Assembly: GCA_964464375.1 (NCBI GenBank)
Contig: CAYXFU010000012.1
Coordinates: forward strand, 15,800 to 79,799
Direction: 5' to 3'
Source of the DNA: an uncultured Hyphomicrobiales bacterium
GTDB lineage: Bacteria > Bacteroidota > Ignavibacteria > Kapaibacteriales > UBA2268
Length of the DNA: 64,000 nt
A program made the position numbers and the translations under genes. The notes under the pieces are model-generated. The model did not search any database and had not been told where the DNA came from. It was given only the letters and a program-made list of their open reading frames with translations. Shown here in pieces: positions 41,184 to 52,466 of this stretch; the stretch's first letter is position 1, and every line of letters begins with the position of its first letter.

Positions 41184-41350
41184 TTATCATGAAAATTGAT
41201 GAACAGATGAGTGAAATAAATATATTGGCTTTATAGAACATTTTTTTGGCTCTTTTGTTTGAATTCTTTTAAGTCCAAGAAAAATTGGGAAAAATAAAGG
41301 AATTTAGTGATTTCTAAACTCAACAGTAATTAATTACTATTTTTGTGTTT

Positions 41351-42088
41351 ATGGATATACCATTTACCAATAAATACACCGTACGGTCTTATGAATCTGA
41401 TCTTAATAATAAGGTTAAGATCAGCTCTATCTTTGATTATATGCAGGAGTCAGCTTCACTCAATGCCGAATTGTTAAAGTTCGGCTATGAAGACATGCAG
41501 AGAGAAGGTCTGTTCTGGGTTCTCTCTCGTGCTAAAGTAATAATCCATGAATATGTTTCTGCATGGGATGAAATTATTATTGAAACGTGGCCCAAGAACA
41601 TTAATAGCTTTTTCGCCAATCGTGATTTTCGTTTCTATAATTCAGAGAAAGTCTGTATCGGAGCCGCTACAACTGCATGGTTAATGGTTAACCGTGAAAC
41701 GCTTCGTCCTGTTAAACCCGAAAATCTACTCAAGGATATTCATAAATATGATATTCCTCCCGGAATAGTTGAGTTTCCAGAGAAAATCCCCGAGCTAAAA
41801 ACGAAAACATTTTCAGCAGAATTCAATATCGGATATAAGGATATAGATATCAACCAGCACACAAACAATGCACGCTATATAGATTACCTTCAGGACTGCT
41901 GTCTGCATAAGTTCTCGCAGAACAAGCAGATTGAATCCTTACAGATTAATTTCCTGAATCAAACCAGAATCGGTGACACAATTCGATTATTTGTCAATGA
42001 AGATGAGAAATATCCTGAGAAAACTTATATAGAAGCGGAGAATCAGGAAAACGTTAAAGTATTCAATTCAATTTTAAACTGGAAATAA
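41351..42088 (+). CDS. Acyl-ACP thioesterase
   Basis: VRSYESD, double hot-dog layout, DIDINQHTNNARY. Confidence 0.88.
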   Translation: MDIPFTNKYTVRSYESDLNNKVKISSIFDYMQESASLNAELLKFGYEDMQREGLFWVLSRAKVIIHEYVSAWDEIIIETWPKNINSFFANRDFRFYNSEKVCIGAATTAWLMVNRETLRPVKPENLLKDIHKYDIPPGIVEFPEKIPELKTKTFSAEFNIGYKDIDINQHTNNARYIDYLQDCCLHKFSQNKQIESLQINFLNQTRIGDTIRLFVNEDEKYPEKTYIEAENQENVKVFNSILNWK

Positions 42089-42146
42089 CCCAAGCACATT
42101 TCATTTTTGATTAGACTACAATTTATTCATTGACTTTTAGGACAAC

Positions 42147-43382
42147 ATGGATAATACTAAAACAAATAATATATTAAGCAGGCTTATGACTGTATCGGTC
42201 ATTGTGGCGTCATTAGGTTATTTTGTGGACGTTTACGATCTGATTCTCTTCAGTATAGTCCGCTCAGCAAGTCTCAAATCAATGGGATATCAGGGGCAGC
42301 AGATTATGGATTATGGTGTTCTTCTTCTGAACGTTCAGATGGTTGGAATGCTTCTTGGTGGGATAATCTGGGGAGTTCTCGGAGATAAAAAGGGCAGAGT
42401 AAAAATCCTTTTTGCATCCATTCTGCTTTATTCAATAGCAAATATTGTAAATGGATTTGTGCAGACAATTGAAGGATACACGATTTGCAGATTCATTGCA
42501 GGATTAGGTCTTGCCGGGGAGCTGGGTGTTGCGGTAACGCTTGTCCTGGAAATTCTACCGAAAGATATTCGTGGTTATGGTACTATGGTTGTCGCTACTA
42601 TCGGAGTCAGCGGAGCTGTGGCAGCTAACCTTGTCGCAAAATTCTTCGACTGGAGAAGTGCTTATATTATCGGTGGAGTTCTTGGTACATTGCTACTCGT
42701 CCTACAGATGAAGGTTAGCGAATCAGCAGCTTTCACACATTCTCAAAACACAGCAGTGAAAAAGGGTAATTTCTTTGCATTTTTTACGAATAAAATCAGG
42801 TTCTATCGCTACATGAAGTCAATATTCATAGGGTTACCGATATGGTTCAGTTTGAGTGTACTGATTACTTTTTCACCGGAGTTTGCAAAAGCATTGAAGA
42901 TCAACGGAGTGATCAATGCTGGCGATGCAGTAATGTACTATTATATCGGTGCTTCGATCGGCGATCTTGTAACAGGATTCCTAAGTCAGTATCTGAAAAG
43001 CAGAAAAAAAATATTGTTCTACTCAATTACTCTACTGGCATTGATGATAGCTGTATATCTGATCCAGTATGATATATCGGTATCGACATTCTATATAATC
43101 TGTTTTTTGACGGGACTTCCAGCCGGTTACTGGGCAGTCTTTGTAACTGTGTCGGCAGAACAGTTCGGTACGAATCTCAGGGCTACAGCAGCATCGACAA
43201 TACCAAACTTTGTAAGGGGTTTCGTTGTACCGATAACACTTCTATTCCAGATGTTCGTTTATATGACAAATATAAAGATGAGTGGCGCAATAGTCGGCGG
43301 AATCTGCCTTGTGATAGCATTCATAGCCCTGCTACGCTTAGAAGAGACATATCACAAGGAATTGGATTACGAGGAAGAATAA
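42147..43382 (+). CDS. MFS transporter
   Basis: 12 TM; GVLGDKKGR, RFIAGLGLAGE, AEQFGTNLRAT. Confidence 0.92.
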   Translation: MDNTKTNNILSRLMTVSVIVASLGYFVDVYDLILFSIVRSASLKSMGYQGQQIMDYGVLLLNVQMVGMLLGGIIWGVLGDKKGRVKILFASILLYSIANIVNGFVQTIEGYTICRFIAGLGLAGELGVAVTLVLEILPKDIRGYGTMVVATIGVSGAVAANLVAKFFDWRSAYIIGGVLGTLLLVLQMKVSESAAFTHSQNTAVKKGNFFAFFTNKIRFYRYMKSIFIGLPIWFSLSVLITFSPEFAKALKINGVINAGDAVMYYYIGASIGDLVTGFLSQYLKSRKKILFYSITLLALMIAVYLIQYDISVSTFYIICFLTGLPAGYWAVFVTVSAEQFGTNLRATAASTIPNFVRGFVVPITLLFQMFVYMTNIKMSGAIVGGICLVIAFIALLRLEETYHKELDYEEE

Positions 43383-43537
43383 AATTGAATTAATCCAAGA
43401 ACTATGAATTAGCCTTTATCTTTCTCAGATAATACTCATCATTTGTGTCCTTCTTGTGCATACGGGTACCTAAGATCTGCGTAGCGCATCTATGATTATC
43501 TTTACTAAAAAGAAAGCTGTATGTGCAGAAATAACAT

Positions 43538-43573
43538 AAAAAATAGGCTGTCTCGTAAGCGGGACAGCCTATT
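43538..43573 (-). terminator. glyA terminator
   Basis: aaaaataggctgtctcg..cgggacagcctatt. Confidence 0.75.
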
Positions 43574-43593
43574 GTGTTATATATTAATGTATT

Positions 43594-44889
43594 TTATAAA
43601 TGAGCAAATAACGAGAAATTGCTAGTAAATTGAGCAACTTCGTCATTTATTTTCTTCAGTTCATCATCGTTTGAATGATTAGTGATAACTCTGTCGATCA
43701 GGGAAACGATTAACTCCATGTCCTGCTCCTTCATTCCTCGTGTAGTTACAGCCGGCGTTCCAAGTCGTATGCCTGAAGTAACCAGAGGTGGTTGATTGTC
43801 GTTGGGAACAGCATTCTTGTTGCATGTGATTCCTGCTTTGTCCAATGCAATTTCTGCCTGCTTGCCTGTAACCCCTTTGTTCCGCACATCTACCAGCATC
43901 AGATGATTGTCTGTACCACCGCTAACGAGATTGTAATCCTTGTCAGACAAAGCTTTTGCCATCGCTTTGGCATTCTTCATCACCTGTAAAATATAATCAT
44001 TGAATCCATCTGTCAGACATTCCCCGAAAGCTACAGCTTTGGCGGCTATAACGTGCATCAATGGACCTCCCTGAATGCCCGGCATGACCCATGAATCAAT
44101 AACTTCACCCATTCGTTTGATTCTGCCTGACTTAGGAGCGACTATCCCGAATGGATTATCGTAATCCTTGCCAATCATTATTATGCCTCCGCGTGGACCG
44201 CGTAGTGTTTTGTGTGTTGTACTTGCAACAACATCGCAATATTCCATCGGACTTGTAAGATGTCCCTTAGCAATCAATCCGGCAGGATGAGCAATATCTG
44301 CAAAAAGAAATGCTCCGACTTTGTTTGCAATAGTTCTGAAAGCTTTGAAATCAATATCTCTGGGATAAGCTGATGCACCAACGGTTATCATCTTTGGTCT
44401 GTGCTGAATTGCAAGTTGCTCAACTTTGTCATAATCTATTCTGCCCGTTTCAGGATCTAATTCATAAGGAATAAAATTGAAGAATTTTCCTGAAAAATTA
44501 ACACTAGAGCCGTGAGTCAGATGTCCACCATGAGCCAGACTCAGCCCCATAACTGTATCTCCGTATTTCAAAAACGAGAAGTAAACAGCCATGTTCGCAT
44601 TACTTCCGCTGTGCGGTTGAACATTTACATATTCAGCACCAAATAGTTTCTTTAGTCTGTCTCTGGCGATATTTTCTGCAACATCTACCCATTCGCAGCC
44701 ACCATAATATCTAGCTCCGGGGTATCCCTCAGCATATTTATTAGTAAGCACAGAACCCTGTGTTTCCATTACCGAAGGTGATGTAAAGTTCTCACTTGCA
44801 ATGAGTTCGATCTTGTTGCTTTGTCTTTGGAATTCTTTAATCAATATTCCCTGCAATTCAGGGTCAGTTTTTAAAACTAAGTCGTACAT
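43594..44889 (-). CDS. glyA: Serine hydroxymethyltransferase
   Basis: [36 protein letters not shown]. Confidence 0.98.
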   Translation of the reverse strand: MYDLVLKTDPELQGILIKEFQRQSNKIELIASENFTSPSVMETQGSVLTNKYAEGYPGARYYGGCEWVDVAENIARDRLKKLFGAEYVNVQPHSGSNANMAVYFSFLKYGDTVMGLSLAHGGHLTHGSSVNFSGKFFNFIPYELDPETGRIDYDKVEQLAIQHRPKMITVGASAYPRDIDFKAFRTIANKVGAFLFADIAHPAGLIAKGHLTSPMEYCDVVASTTHKTLRGPRGGIIMIGKDYDNPFGIVAPKSGRIKRMGEVIDSWVMPGIQGGPLMHVIAAKAVAFGECLTDGFNDYILQVMKNAKAMAKALSDKDYNLVSGGTDNHLMLVDVRNKGVTGKQAEIALDKAGITCNKNAVPNDNQPPLVTSGIRLGTPAVTTRGMKEQDMELIVSLIDRVITNHSNDDELKKINDEVAQFTSNFSLFAHL

Positions 44890-45017
44890 CTCAATGTCCT
44901 TATATGTATTATGTTTTGTATGTTCTAACCAATATTAAATTTAAGGAAAGTTTAGGAGTAAGGCAAATAATTTTGAAAATTCTATTGAACACTAACTAAT
45001 TATTTGATCGTACAATT

Positions 45018-46145
45018 CTAATTTTTAGTTAGAATTTTTAAATAAAGCTCGTGACCGTGAAGAGAAAAATGTTCCCAATATGCAGTGAACCATTGATTTA
45101 GAGATATACCTGATTTTTCGGATTCAGCCAGGTCTTCAGCAGTTTCTATTCCTCCGGTTCGGATAACATGGAACTCATGCTGAGGATTCATTGACTTCGC
45201 AAAATATACCGCCTGTGCCGCTAAAGCATAAGATGATGATTTCAATGTCCTGCCGCTGACACCTCCGCCAAAAGTTTTAGTGAAGTATTCAAAAGTTTTC
45301 TTCTCATTTCCCGATAATCCGTTCCTGTGATGGCTGTAGTTAGTTGAAGTATTCCCGAAGTTTACACCATCAAAGCCCAAAGTCAGAAGTAGATGAATCA
45401 AGGCAGGAACTTGTTCAGGACTTGTATCATTTGAAAATTTAACAATTACCGGAATAAATGCTTTTCTCTTCTTTAAAAAATTAACTGATATGTACTCAAG
45501 CCTGTCCACCAACGATTTGTCAATTCCGTCTATCAACTCTTCTGAATGTTCATGGACAACATTAGGACAGCTTTCATTTAATTCAATAAAATCGCATTTT
45601 GCCTGTGAATATAATTTGAATCCATCCAAAACACCATTGAGCGACAATAATCCTGTTTGTACCGGGTCAGCACTTATGCTGGCTCCAATCGGGCACCCAT
45701 TCTGCTTTTCGATACGGGAGAGTCTTGATGCAACTGTCTCATGTCCTTCGTTGGGTAATCCCATCCAATTAACCGCTATTCCGGATTTAAGAAAAGTAGC
45801 AACAGGATGAGTGATGTTGTTTTTTGTGTTGCCCTTCCGGTATTCCGCCGTTGTTGTACCAGCAAGATAGGCTCCAGCACCTTGTGAAGCTACTGTATAA
45901 TATCCTTCACCCTTCTTAAACATACCAGCAGCATTAAAAATAGGACAATTGAACTCCAAATCCCAGAATTTTCTGCCGGCTTCCGGTGGTAAAATAATCT
46001 TTTTCATCGGCTTATCCTGAGAAAGGACGCTGATAAAAGCTTTTCTGCCAAACGAAAAAAGCCGGATGCTAAGCTCCGGCGGAAGATTATAAAAGTAGGG
46101 TCTTATTTTATGTTCGATTCTTGCAAAAAATTCAACTGGTGTCAA
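45018..46145 (-). CDS. pyrD: Dihydroorotate dehydrogenase (class 2-like, Cys base)
   Basis: AAGMFK, NWMGLPN, ELNESCPN, VKFS, GNT, GGVSG, TGGI. Start taken at TTG 46145 to avoid overlap with rpoN. Confidence 0.8.
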   Translation of the reverse strand: MTPVEFFARIEHKIRPYFYNLPPELSIRLFSFGRKAFISVLSQDKPMKKIILPPEAGRKFWDLEFNCPIFNAAGMFKKGEGYYTVASQGAGAYLAGTTTAEYRKGNTKNNITHPVATFLKSGIAVNWMGLPNEGHETVASRLSRIEKQNGCPIGASISADPVQTGLLSLNGVLDGFKLYSQAKCDFIELNESCPNVVHEHSEELIDGIDKSLVDRLEYISVNFLKKRKAFIPVIVKFSNDTSPEQVPALIHLLLTLGFDGVNFGNTSTNYSHHRNGLSGNEKKTFEYFTKTFGGGVSGRTLKSSSYALAAQAVYFAKSMNPQHEFHVIRTGGIETAEDLAESEKSGISLNQWFTAYWEHFSLHGHELYLKILTKN

Positions 46146-46167
46146 TTTATTATTCCAGTTATTATAA

Positions 46168-47871
46168 TTAAAGTTCTTTACGAAGACGAGCAACCGGTAT
46201 TCTCATTTGCTCTCGGTACTTGGCAACAGTTCTTCTGGCAACAAGATATCCCAATTTCTTGAGTTCCATAGCGATTTTGTCATCACTAAAAGGCTTTTCT
46301 TTTGATTCGCTCTCAAGCATGTCTTTTATGACTTGTTTAATCACTGTAGTTGCTATTTCTTCACCATCTTCATTCGGTAAAGATTCTGAGAAAAAATACT
46401 TCAACTCGAGTGTACCAAAATCTGTTTGAACATATTTATTGTTCACAATTCGGCAAATAGTTGATATGTCTAACCCGGTCTCCTCAGCAACATTTTTATA
46501 AATCAATGGTCTAAGCCCTGCTGATCCTAAATAAAAGTAATCACGCTGAAGACCTGCAATAGCTGTCATCACTTTGAGCATAGTGTTTTTTCTTTGCTTG
46601 ATTGCCTGAATAAGGAACTTTGCATCTTCATATTTGTTACGAATCCAGTCGCGAGTATCCTTATTGAACATTCTGAAATGTGCTTCTTTCTTTATCTTGT
46701 CATAAGCGTCAGAAAGTTTAAGAACAGGTAATCTGCTATCATTAACAGAGATAAGAAGTTCATCGGTTTCTTCGTCATGTTCAATTATGAAATCCGGTAT
46801 AACAGTCTGAAAAATTGCTTCCATTTCACCGCCACCGGGCTTCGGATTAAGTCTGCGGATTACATCCAGAGCTTCCCTAAGGTAATCATCAGTTACTTCA
46901 AGCTGTTTTTTTATTAAATGAAAATGCTTCATTGTGAAAGGTTCATAAGCATGCATCAGAATTTCAAGAGCCAATTTCTGCGCTGCATTTTTGTTAGGTA
47001 GAGCTTTGCACTGAGCAAGCAGGCACTCCTTTACTGTTCTTGAAGCGATGCCGGGTGGATCAAGTGTCTGAATTAGTTTTAGAACATTCTCAGCCTGATC
47101 GAAGAAAACTTCGTGGAGTTTGTTGTTATCAATCGGTTCGGGTGCTTCAACTGTTTCAGCTACAACTGATCCTAGTCTCCTGGATTCAATCAAAGCAAGA
47201 ATTTCAGGTGATATAGCATATTGTCTTGCCGGGTTGAAGTCAGTATTACCTCTATTTTCTCTTGCTAGTCGAGCCTCACGGCGTTCATTGTCCAGATTTA
47301 GTTCAGCTATATCTTGATTTGTTTCCTCCACTATATCCTGAAGTTCACGTCTTAAGTATCCGTCATTATCTACATTGCCGATTATCTGTTCACCAATCAG
47401 AAATTCTTCATCTGTCAGCGGCAGCAAACGAAGCTGTTGAATAAGATCATCATAAAAAGTAATAAAATCCTTTATCTGAAAAGAATCGCCATTGTCGTCA
47501 TCGTAAGCTGAACGTGCTTTGTTGCCATATTCATTGTCATCCTGAGCAATCATCTTGTAGAATTCAAATGGCTCAGCTTCATCATCTATCATCTTGCTGG
47601 GAGTAGCATAATCTTCATGATAATCATCATCATAAGTACTTGTTGCTTTGTCCATATCTGAAAACTCTGGTGTTTCCCCGGTTGGAATTGCATCATCATC
47701 ATAAACAGAAGTTTCAAAATTTGATTCTTCGAGCATTGGGTTCTGTTCAAGCTCTCCTATGACGTGTTGCTCCATTTGCATAAGAGGCAACTGTAATAGT
47801 TTGAGATACTGAATCTGTTGGGGAGTCAGTGTCTGGCTAAGTGATGTCCGTAAATCTAATGATAATTTCAT
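46168..47871 (-). CDS. rpoN: RNA polymerase sigma-54 factor
   Basis: LTPQQIQYLKLLQLP, NPMLE, GYLR, RpoN box ARRTVAKYRE. Confidence 0.97.
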   Translation of the reverse strand: MKLSLDLRTSLSQTLTPQQIQYLKLLQLPLMQMEQHVIGELEQNPMLEESNFETSVYDDDAIPTGETPEFSDMDKATSTYDDDYHEDYATPSKMIDDEAEPFEFYKMIAQDDNEYGNKARSAYDDDNGDSFQIKDFITFYDDLIQQLRLLPLTDEEFLIGEQIIGNVDNDGYLRRELQDIVEETNQDIAELNLDNERREARLARENRGNTDFNPARQYAISPEILALIESRRLGSVVAETVEAPEPIDNNKLHEVFFDQAENVLKLIQTLDPPGIASRTVKECLLAQCKALPNKNAAQKLALEILMHAYEPFTMKHFHLIKKQLEVTDDYLREALDVIRRLNPKPGGGEMEAIFQTVIPDFIIEHDEETDELLISVNDSRLPVLKLSDAYDKIKKEAHFRMFNKDTRDWIRNKYEDAKFLIQAIKQRKNTMLKVMTAIAGLQRDYFYLGSAGLRPLIYKNVAEETGLDISTICRIVNNKYVQTDFGTLELKYFFSESLPNEDGEEIATTVIKQVIKDMLESESKEKPFSDDKIAMELKKLGYLVARRTVAKYREQMRIPVARLRKEL

Positions 47872-47892
47872 TTATTCTTTTTTAAGTATTTA

Positions 47893-48465
47893 CTATTTAT
47901 TTTCCGATTGTGATTGAACATAAGTATCTAAAATTTCGTACCAATTTTCGCCATAAGCTCTTATTAGAGAATCCTTTACAAATTGATATATCTTGGTCTC
48001 CTTCCTGTCACCCAGTTTCAGTGCAGGAGCACATTCACTGAACTGTGAATAAAAGATATATTCTCCTCCAAAATCAGATACCCTTATAGGAAACAAATGA
48101 CAAGACAAAGGCTTTCTAAACTTACTTTTTCCATCGAAATATGCTTTTTCAAGAGCACATTTTGCTATCTCGCCTTCATAAAATACAAAAACACAGTCTT
48201 TAGCATCTATACATACCGTAGAGTAATTGCCAGGCGTTCCTTCATAGAATCCTTTACTCTTAATTACATTTATCGACTTCTTTGTCAAATACTCAAATGC
48301 AACCGGAAGTATTTCTTCAATAATTGGAATCTCATCTTCATTTATCGGAGCTCCGAATTCACTTTTGAATGTACAGCAGGCTCCTTTGCATTGTTTTAGG
48401 TCACAATGAAAATTCGTTTCTATTATTTCTTCGTTAACTAGTATTTTATCAATTAAAATCATCAA
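47893..48465 (-). CDS. DUF3109 family Cys-rich protein
   Basis: FHCDLKQCKGACC, CVF, CALEKAY, KPLSCHLFPIR. Confidence 0.85.
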   Translation of the reverse strand: MMILIDKILVNEEIIETNFHCDLKQCKGACCTFKSEFGAPINEDEIPIIEEILPVAFEYLTKKSINVIKSKGFYEGTPGNYSTVCIDAKDCVFVFYEGEIAKCALEKAYFDGKSKFRKPLSCHLFPIRVSDFGGEYIFYSQFSECAPALKLGDRKETKIYQFVKDSLIRAYGENWYEILDTYVQSQSENK

Positions 48466-48688
48466 ATATCACAATATTTTAATGCAAAAATAATCATTTC
48501 TTAGGGGATTACAAAGCTGAAGTTGAGTTTGCGGTATAATTTTTGATAAATGTCGATAATATAACAAATGATTTCATATATTTATTTCTGTTTCTTTATT
48601 TTGATTTAAAATTTACCTTAACTCAATTAGATACTTTTTACAATAGAATCAGCGCAACTAACTCTAATATAGAAAAATTTTGGACTTT

Positions 48689-49096
48689 ATGGGACAATTA
48701 ATAAACAGACTTAAGAATTTTGCCAAAGTGCAAATGTCAGATACTGATTCACCAAATCCAATATCTGCAGATTCAATATTTGATGCAGATGATTTGGATC
48801 TGAAGCGTCAGATTGATGAAGCCGCCAGAGGAAAGAGTTATCAAAGTTCGAACAATGAAAATAAGCAAAAAGATAGTGGTTCCGGAAAATTAACATTCAA
48901 AAGTGCCTGCGAAGTTTTGTCAATTAGTCCTGATGCTACAATTGATGAGATAAAGTCTGCTTACAAAAAGCTAATGATGGAATATCATCCGGATAAAGTT
49001 GCAGGATTGGGTGCTGAAATCAAAGAAGTAGCAGAAAGAAAAACAAAAGAAATCAATGCCGCTTATAGTTTCCTTATGTCTGCTATGAATCAGTAG
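48689..49096 (+). CDS. DjlA-type J-domain protein
   Basis: IKSAYKKLMMEYHPDKV..AERKTKEINAAY. Confidence 0.85.
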   Translation: MGQLINRLKNFAKVQMSDTDSPNPISADSIFDADDLDLKRQIDEAARGKSYQSSNNENKQKDSGSGKLTFKSACEVLSISPDATIDEIKSAYKKLMMEYHPDKVAGLGAEIKEVAERKTKEINAAYSFLMSAMNQ

Positions 49097-49107
49097 ATAT
49101 ATTTATT

Positions 49108-49230
49108 TGAATATCGAACATCGAATATCGAGGGAAATACAGTCGTGCTGTCATTCCCTACTTGATTGGGAATCCATGTATTCACTAGAACGGGGTGGTA
49201 TCCGCCTTTTATCCACCCACTCCGATCGTT
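49108..49230. repeat. REP cluster
   Basis: gaatatcgaa microrepeat; tgtcattccc..gggaatcc; aacggggtgg..ccactccg..cgtt. Confidence 0.55.
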
Positions 49231-49332
49231 TGATAGAGCATGAGAAAATTATTTCTGCATTTGTAACTTTTTAATCGGTTTGTGTGTCTTGTAATTAAAA
49301 CAAAAGAAGAATAATTTTAAAAGGTAAATATC

Positions 49333-49935
49333 ATGATTTCAATTATTATGTTTGTTACTAATATTTTATTATCGTTATATCAAAGTAAAAGTGATTACGA
49401 TATTTTTTTTAATAAATTCAGTGAAGTTAAAACACCCTTTTCTATAGATTCTTCATTTATTGAAAAAAATAGATTGGACGAAGAAATTACTTTTGCAAAA
49501 GTAAATTATAAAAGTTCTAAATATATTATAAATAACATAATAGGATTACGAGATAGCATTGATGAACTTTTTAATCCCTACGGCGATAATTTCTATTCTA
49601 TTGGCAAATTATATTATAAAGATTATTATATCACTATCATGTATTTCCAAGGTGGCGCAGGTGGATGTGATGAAGAATATTACCTAAGTATATTTAATAA
49701 CTTTGGTAACCTAATTTCTTCAAAAGTTGTTGCATACAAACTCTGTGAAGGAAATATTATTTATTCATGCGAATGTATAATTAAAAAGAACTTTAAAATA
49801 ATTTTAACAAAAAAAGAGTATCGTTCAGCTAATTACAATAATTATAAGTTTTTTAAATCAAAAAAAGAATTTTATATAATAAATAATAATGGCGTTATAA
49901 CTAAGCAAAAAAAAGATAATAGGATTAATAATTAA
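49333..49935 (+). CDS. AT-rich hypothetical exported protein
   Basis: 200-aa ORF with hydrophobic N-terminus; REP clusters on both sides. Confidence 0.65.
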   Translation: MISIIMFVTNILLSLYQSKSDYDIFFNKFSEVKTPFSIDSSFIEKNRLDEEITFAKVNYKSSKYIINNIIGLRDSIDELFNPYGDNFYSIGKLYYKDYYITIMYFQGGAGGCDEEYYLSIFNNFGNLISSKVVAYKLCEGNIIYSCECIIKKNFKIILTKKEYRSANYNNYKFFKSKKEFYIINNNGVITKQKKDNRINN

Positions 49936-50014
49936 ATTTATTCCACTTAAATTTCCTTTTAAAACCGTTTCTTTGAAATAATCGCTCCAATTTCACAAAT
50001 TACATCGGGTATTT

Positions 50015-50225
50015 CTCCCTTCCTCGAGGAAGGGTCGGGGTAGGTGTTGTATTATTTTTTAGTGAAAGAGTGATTAGTGATTAGGAAAAAATCCCTAATT
50101 CAAAAAACACCATGAAATTGACTTTCTCTGTGGTTCTCTCAAAGATTTATTAAAAAATTACACAGAGTTGCACAGAGGAATACAAGAGTTACACAGAGGA
50201 ATACAAAACTCTGTGGCTCTCTTTG
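50015..50225. repeat. REP cluster
   Basis: cccttcctcgaggaaggg..ggggtagg (50015-50044); cacagag/ctctgtg repeats at 50124-50222. Confidence 0.6.
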
Positions 50226-50314
50226 TCATTGTATTTTTTTTATGAATATTGATTAACAAAAAAGCTTCCGGAAATATTCAATACCTCCGAAAGCTTCTAA
50301 ATCTTGACTCTTGT

Positions 50315-52285
50315 TTATTTAGTCAGCACAACTCTCTCATAGAACATGTTTTTACCGCATGTGAAACGGATATAGTAAGTTCCGCTGGTTAGCGAACTCA
50401 TGTCTATTTCTTTGGTTGTCTGTGTCTTTTCTGATTGAACATTTGAATTCATAACTCTGGCACCATAAAGATCGAAAATTTCGATTGCCGTTTCCGGGCA
50501 GTTTGGTGTTTGAAGTTCAATTCTTATAATGCCGCTTGTTGGATTAGGCGATACATTAATAATCGTCTGAGAAACCGGATCGTTTACCGATCTGTAATTA
50601 TAATCAAACTCTTCAGACATTTCACTAATGCAGCCCTGATCACTTGTTACCTGGACATAATAAAGTCCCTCTTCAGTCAAATCATACAATTTATCGGTAG
50701 CACCCTCCACCTTAACGTCGAATTTGAACCATTGATTGCCCTTGTTAGCACTTGATACGAGCTGTCCACCCATTCTGGTTATAACAGGCTTAACGGGTGC
50801 TTTGTAAATAATGATCTGTAATGGCATTGTATCAAGACATCCTGTAATGGAACTCATCTTTACTACACTAAGTGTCGCAGGTTTAGATGGTCCCCACATT
50901 ATGTCGATAGTATCTTTATTGCTTGCGCTCTTTATTTCACCGCCTGTAACAACCCACTGTGTGGTTACACCGGGCTCATTTAGAACATAATATTGTTCCA
51001 GTGTATTTTCGCATACTTCAAGCTTACCGGTAATCTCTACATGAGGTAGTGGGTTAATAACTATAGCACTATCAATACCAGCCCCTTCTTCTTTAGGATT
51101 CGAAGCTACAACTCTTATTCTATAGTTTTTACCGGGGATAATACTTTTCGGAATTTTGCCGATAATAGTTCCTGATGTAGTACTCTGGATTGAGCCAATA
51201 TTAATAGTCTTCAGGAAATTTCCTGAGCTGTCTGACAATTGAGCTGTGAAGATGTTATCTGCTTGATAAACAATATTAGTGGTATATCCAATCGATATTT
51301 CACCACCCGGGCAGAATGACTTGCCTGTTACTACTGTTGTTATCGCCGGTTCCTGTCCCTTGAATGCACCTGAACCCCAGGTGCCGCAGTAAAGTTCCTG
51401 AGTGGTAGCTTGTGTAACAGACATAATAGATAAATTCGAAAGCCCGTCGTTAATGTTTTGCCAGGTGATGCCATTGTCATTGGAACGATAAATACCCTTT
51501 CCATAAGTACCTGCAACGATAGCACCATTCTGAGTAACAATCAAAGAATAAACCTGAACTCTTTCCTGAAGCTCCAGCATTTTCTCCCATTTGTTACCGT
51601 TATCTGTTGTTCTCCATATTTTGCCGTCTCTGGTTCCAAAGAATACGATGCCATTGGAACGAATACCAATAGAGTAAACATTCTGTCCGATAGGCATATT
51701 GTTCTTCATCTCCTGATATGCCTTCCCCTTTGAATTAGATCTGTAAAGACCTGAAGTAGTTCCAACATATATTTCGCCGGTAGAGCGAACTGCTACTGCG
51801 TTGACGGCTCTGTTCGTATCTAATCCATCTCTAACCTGAGACCAGGTTCCGCCTTTGTTGGTGGAGAAGAACATACCCGAATAAAGTGTACCTGCGTATA
51901 TAGCATCATCTTTGTATGCATTGATTGTCGTTATGAATTTGTCTTTCAATCCGTTATTTACTTCCGTCCATGAACCACCCTTATTGGTCGAGAAGAAGAT
52001 TCCGCCAAGTGTACCACAGAATAAATCGTTGCTGTTCAATACTCCGATAGAATAAACCTTTGTGTTCTTTAATCCGGAATTAGTTAATTCCCATGATGCT
52101 CCGCCGTCTGTTGTTCTGTGAACTCCTGCAACGGTACCGGCGTAAATGGCACCTGACTGACTGGCAATGATGTTTACGTTGCCACTTAATGATTTATCAG
52201 TCTGTTTCCATGTGATTTTCTGGCTCCAGGATAAAGTACTCACACTAATGAGTAGTATCAGTATAATAGTCAATTTTTTTATCAT
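50315..52285 (-). CDS. Secreted Asp-box beta-propeller + Ig-like protein with T9SS C-terminal domain
   Basis: Signal peptide (MIKKL start); T.DGG.SW / S.DNG.TW repeats; CTD VSPNP...GTYYIRF. Confidence 0.88.
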   Translation of the reverse strand: MIKKLTIILILLISVSTLSWSQKITWKQTDKSLSGNVNIIASQSGAIYAGTVAGVHRTTDGGASWELTNSGLKNTKVYSIGVLNSNDLFCGTLGGIFFSTNKGGSWTEVNNGLKDKFITTINAYKDDAIYAGTLYSGMFFSTNKGGTWSQVRDGLDTNRAVNAVAVRSTGEIYVGTTSGLYRSNSKGKAYQEMKNNMPIGQNVYSIGIRSNGIVFFGTRDGKIWRTTDNGNKWEKMLELQERVQVYSLIVTQNGAIVAGTYGKGIYRSNDNGITWQNINDGLSNLSIMSVTQATTQELYCGTWGSGAFKGQEPAITTVVTGKSFCPGGEISIGYTTNIVYQADNIFTAQLSDSSGNFLKTINIGSIQSTTSGTIIGKIPKSIIPGKNYRIRVVASNPKEEGAGIDSAIVINPLPHVEITGKLEVCENTLEQYYVLNEPGVTTQWVVTGGEIKSASNKDTIDIMWGPSKPATLSVVKMSSITGCLDTMPLQIIIYKAPVKPVITRMGGQLVSSANKGNQWFKFDVKVEGATDKLYDLTEEGLYYVQVTSDQGCISEMSEEFDYNYRSVNDPVSQTIINVSPNPTSGIIRIELQTPNCPETAIEIFDLYGARVMNSNVQSEKTQTTKEIDMSSLTSGTYYIRFTCGKNMFYERVVLTK

Positions 52286-52412
52286 AGCATTTCCGGATAT
52301 TTTTGAACTTGGATTTTTTAAGTTTGATAATAACAAAAAAAATAATATAATGTATTATCAGTGAAATAACAATTAATTAACGAATAAGTTACAAGTTAAA
52401 TTTAATTTTATA

Positions 52413-52442
52413 AAAAAAGGCAGTACCAAATAGATACTGCCA
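52413..52442 (-). terminator. nfnAB terminator
   Basis: aaaaaaaggcagta..tactgcc. Confidence 0.65.
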
Positions 52443-52466
52443 GAAAAATTCAAATTTAATATCTGA

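Noticed and set aside
43383-43537. Possible small ORF or pseudogene between MFS and glyA
   Set aside because: Only very short frames with no recognisable family.
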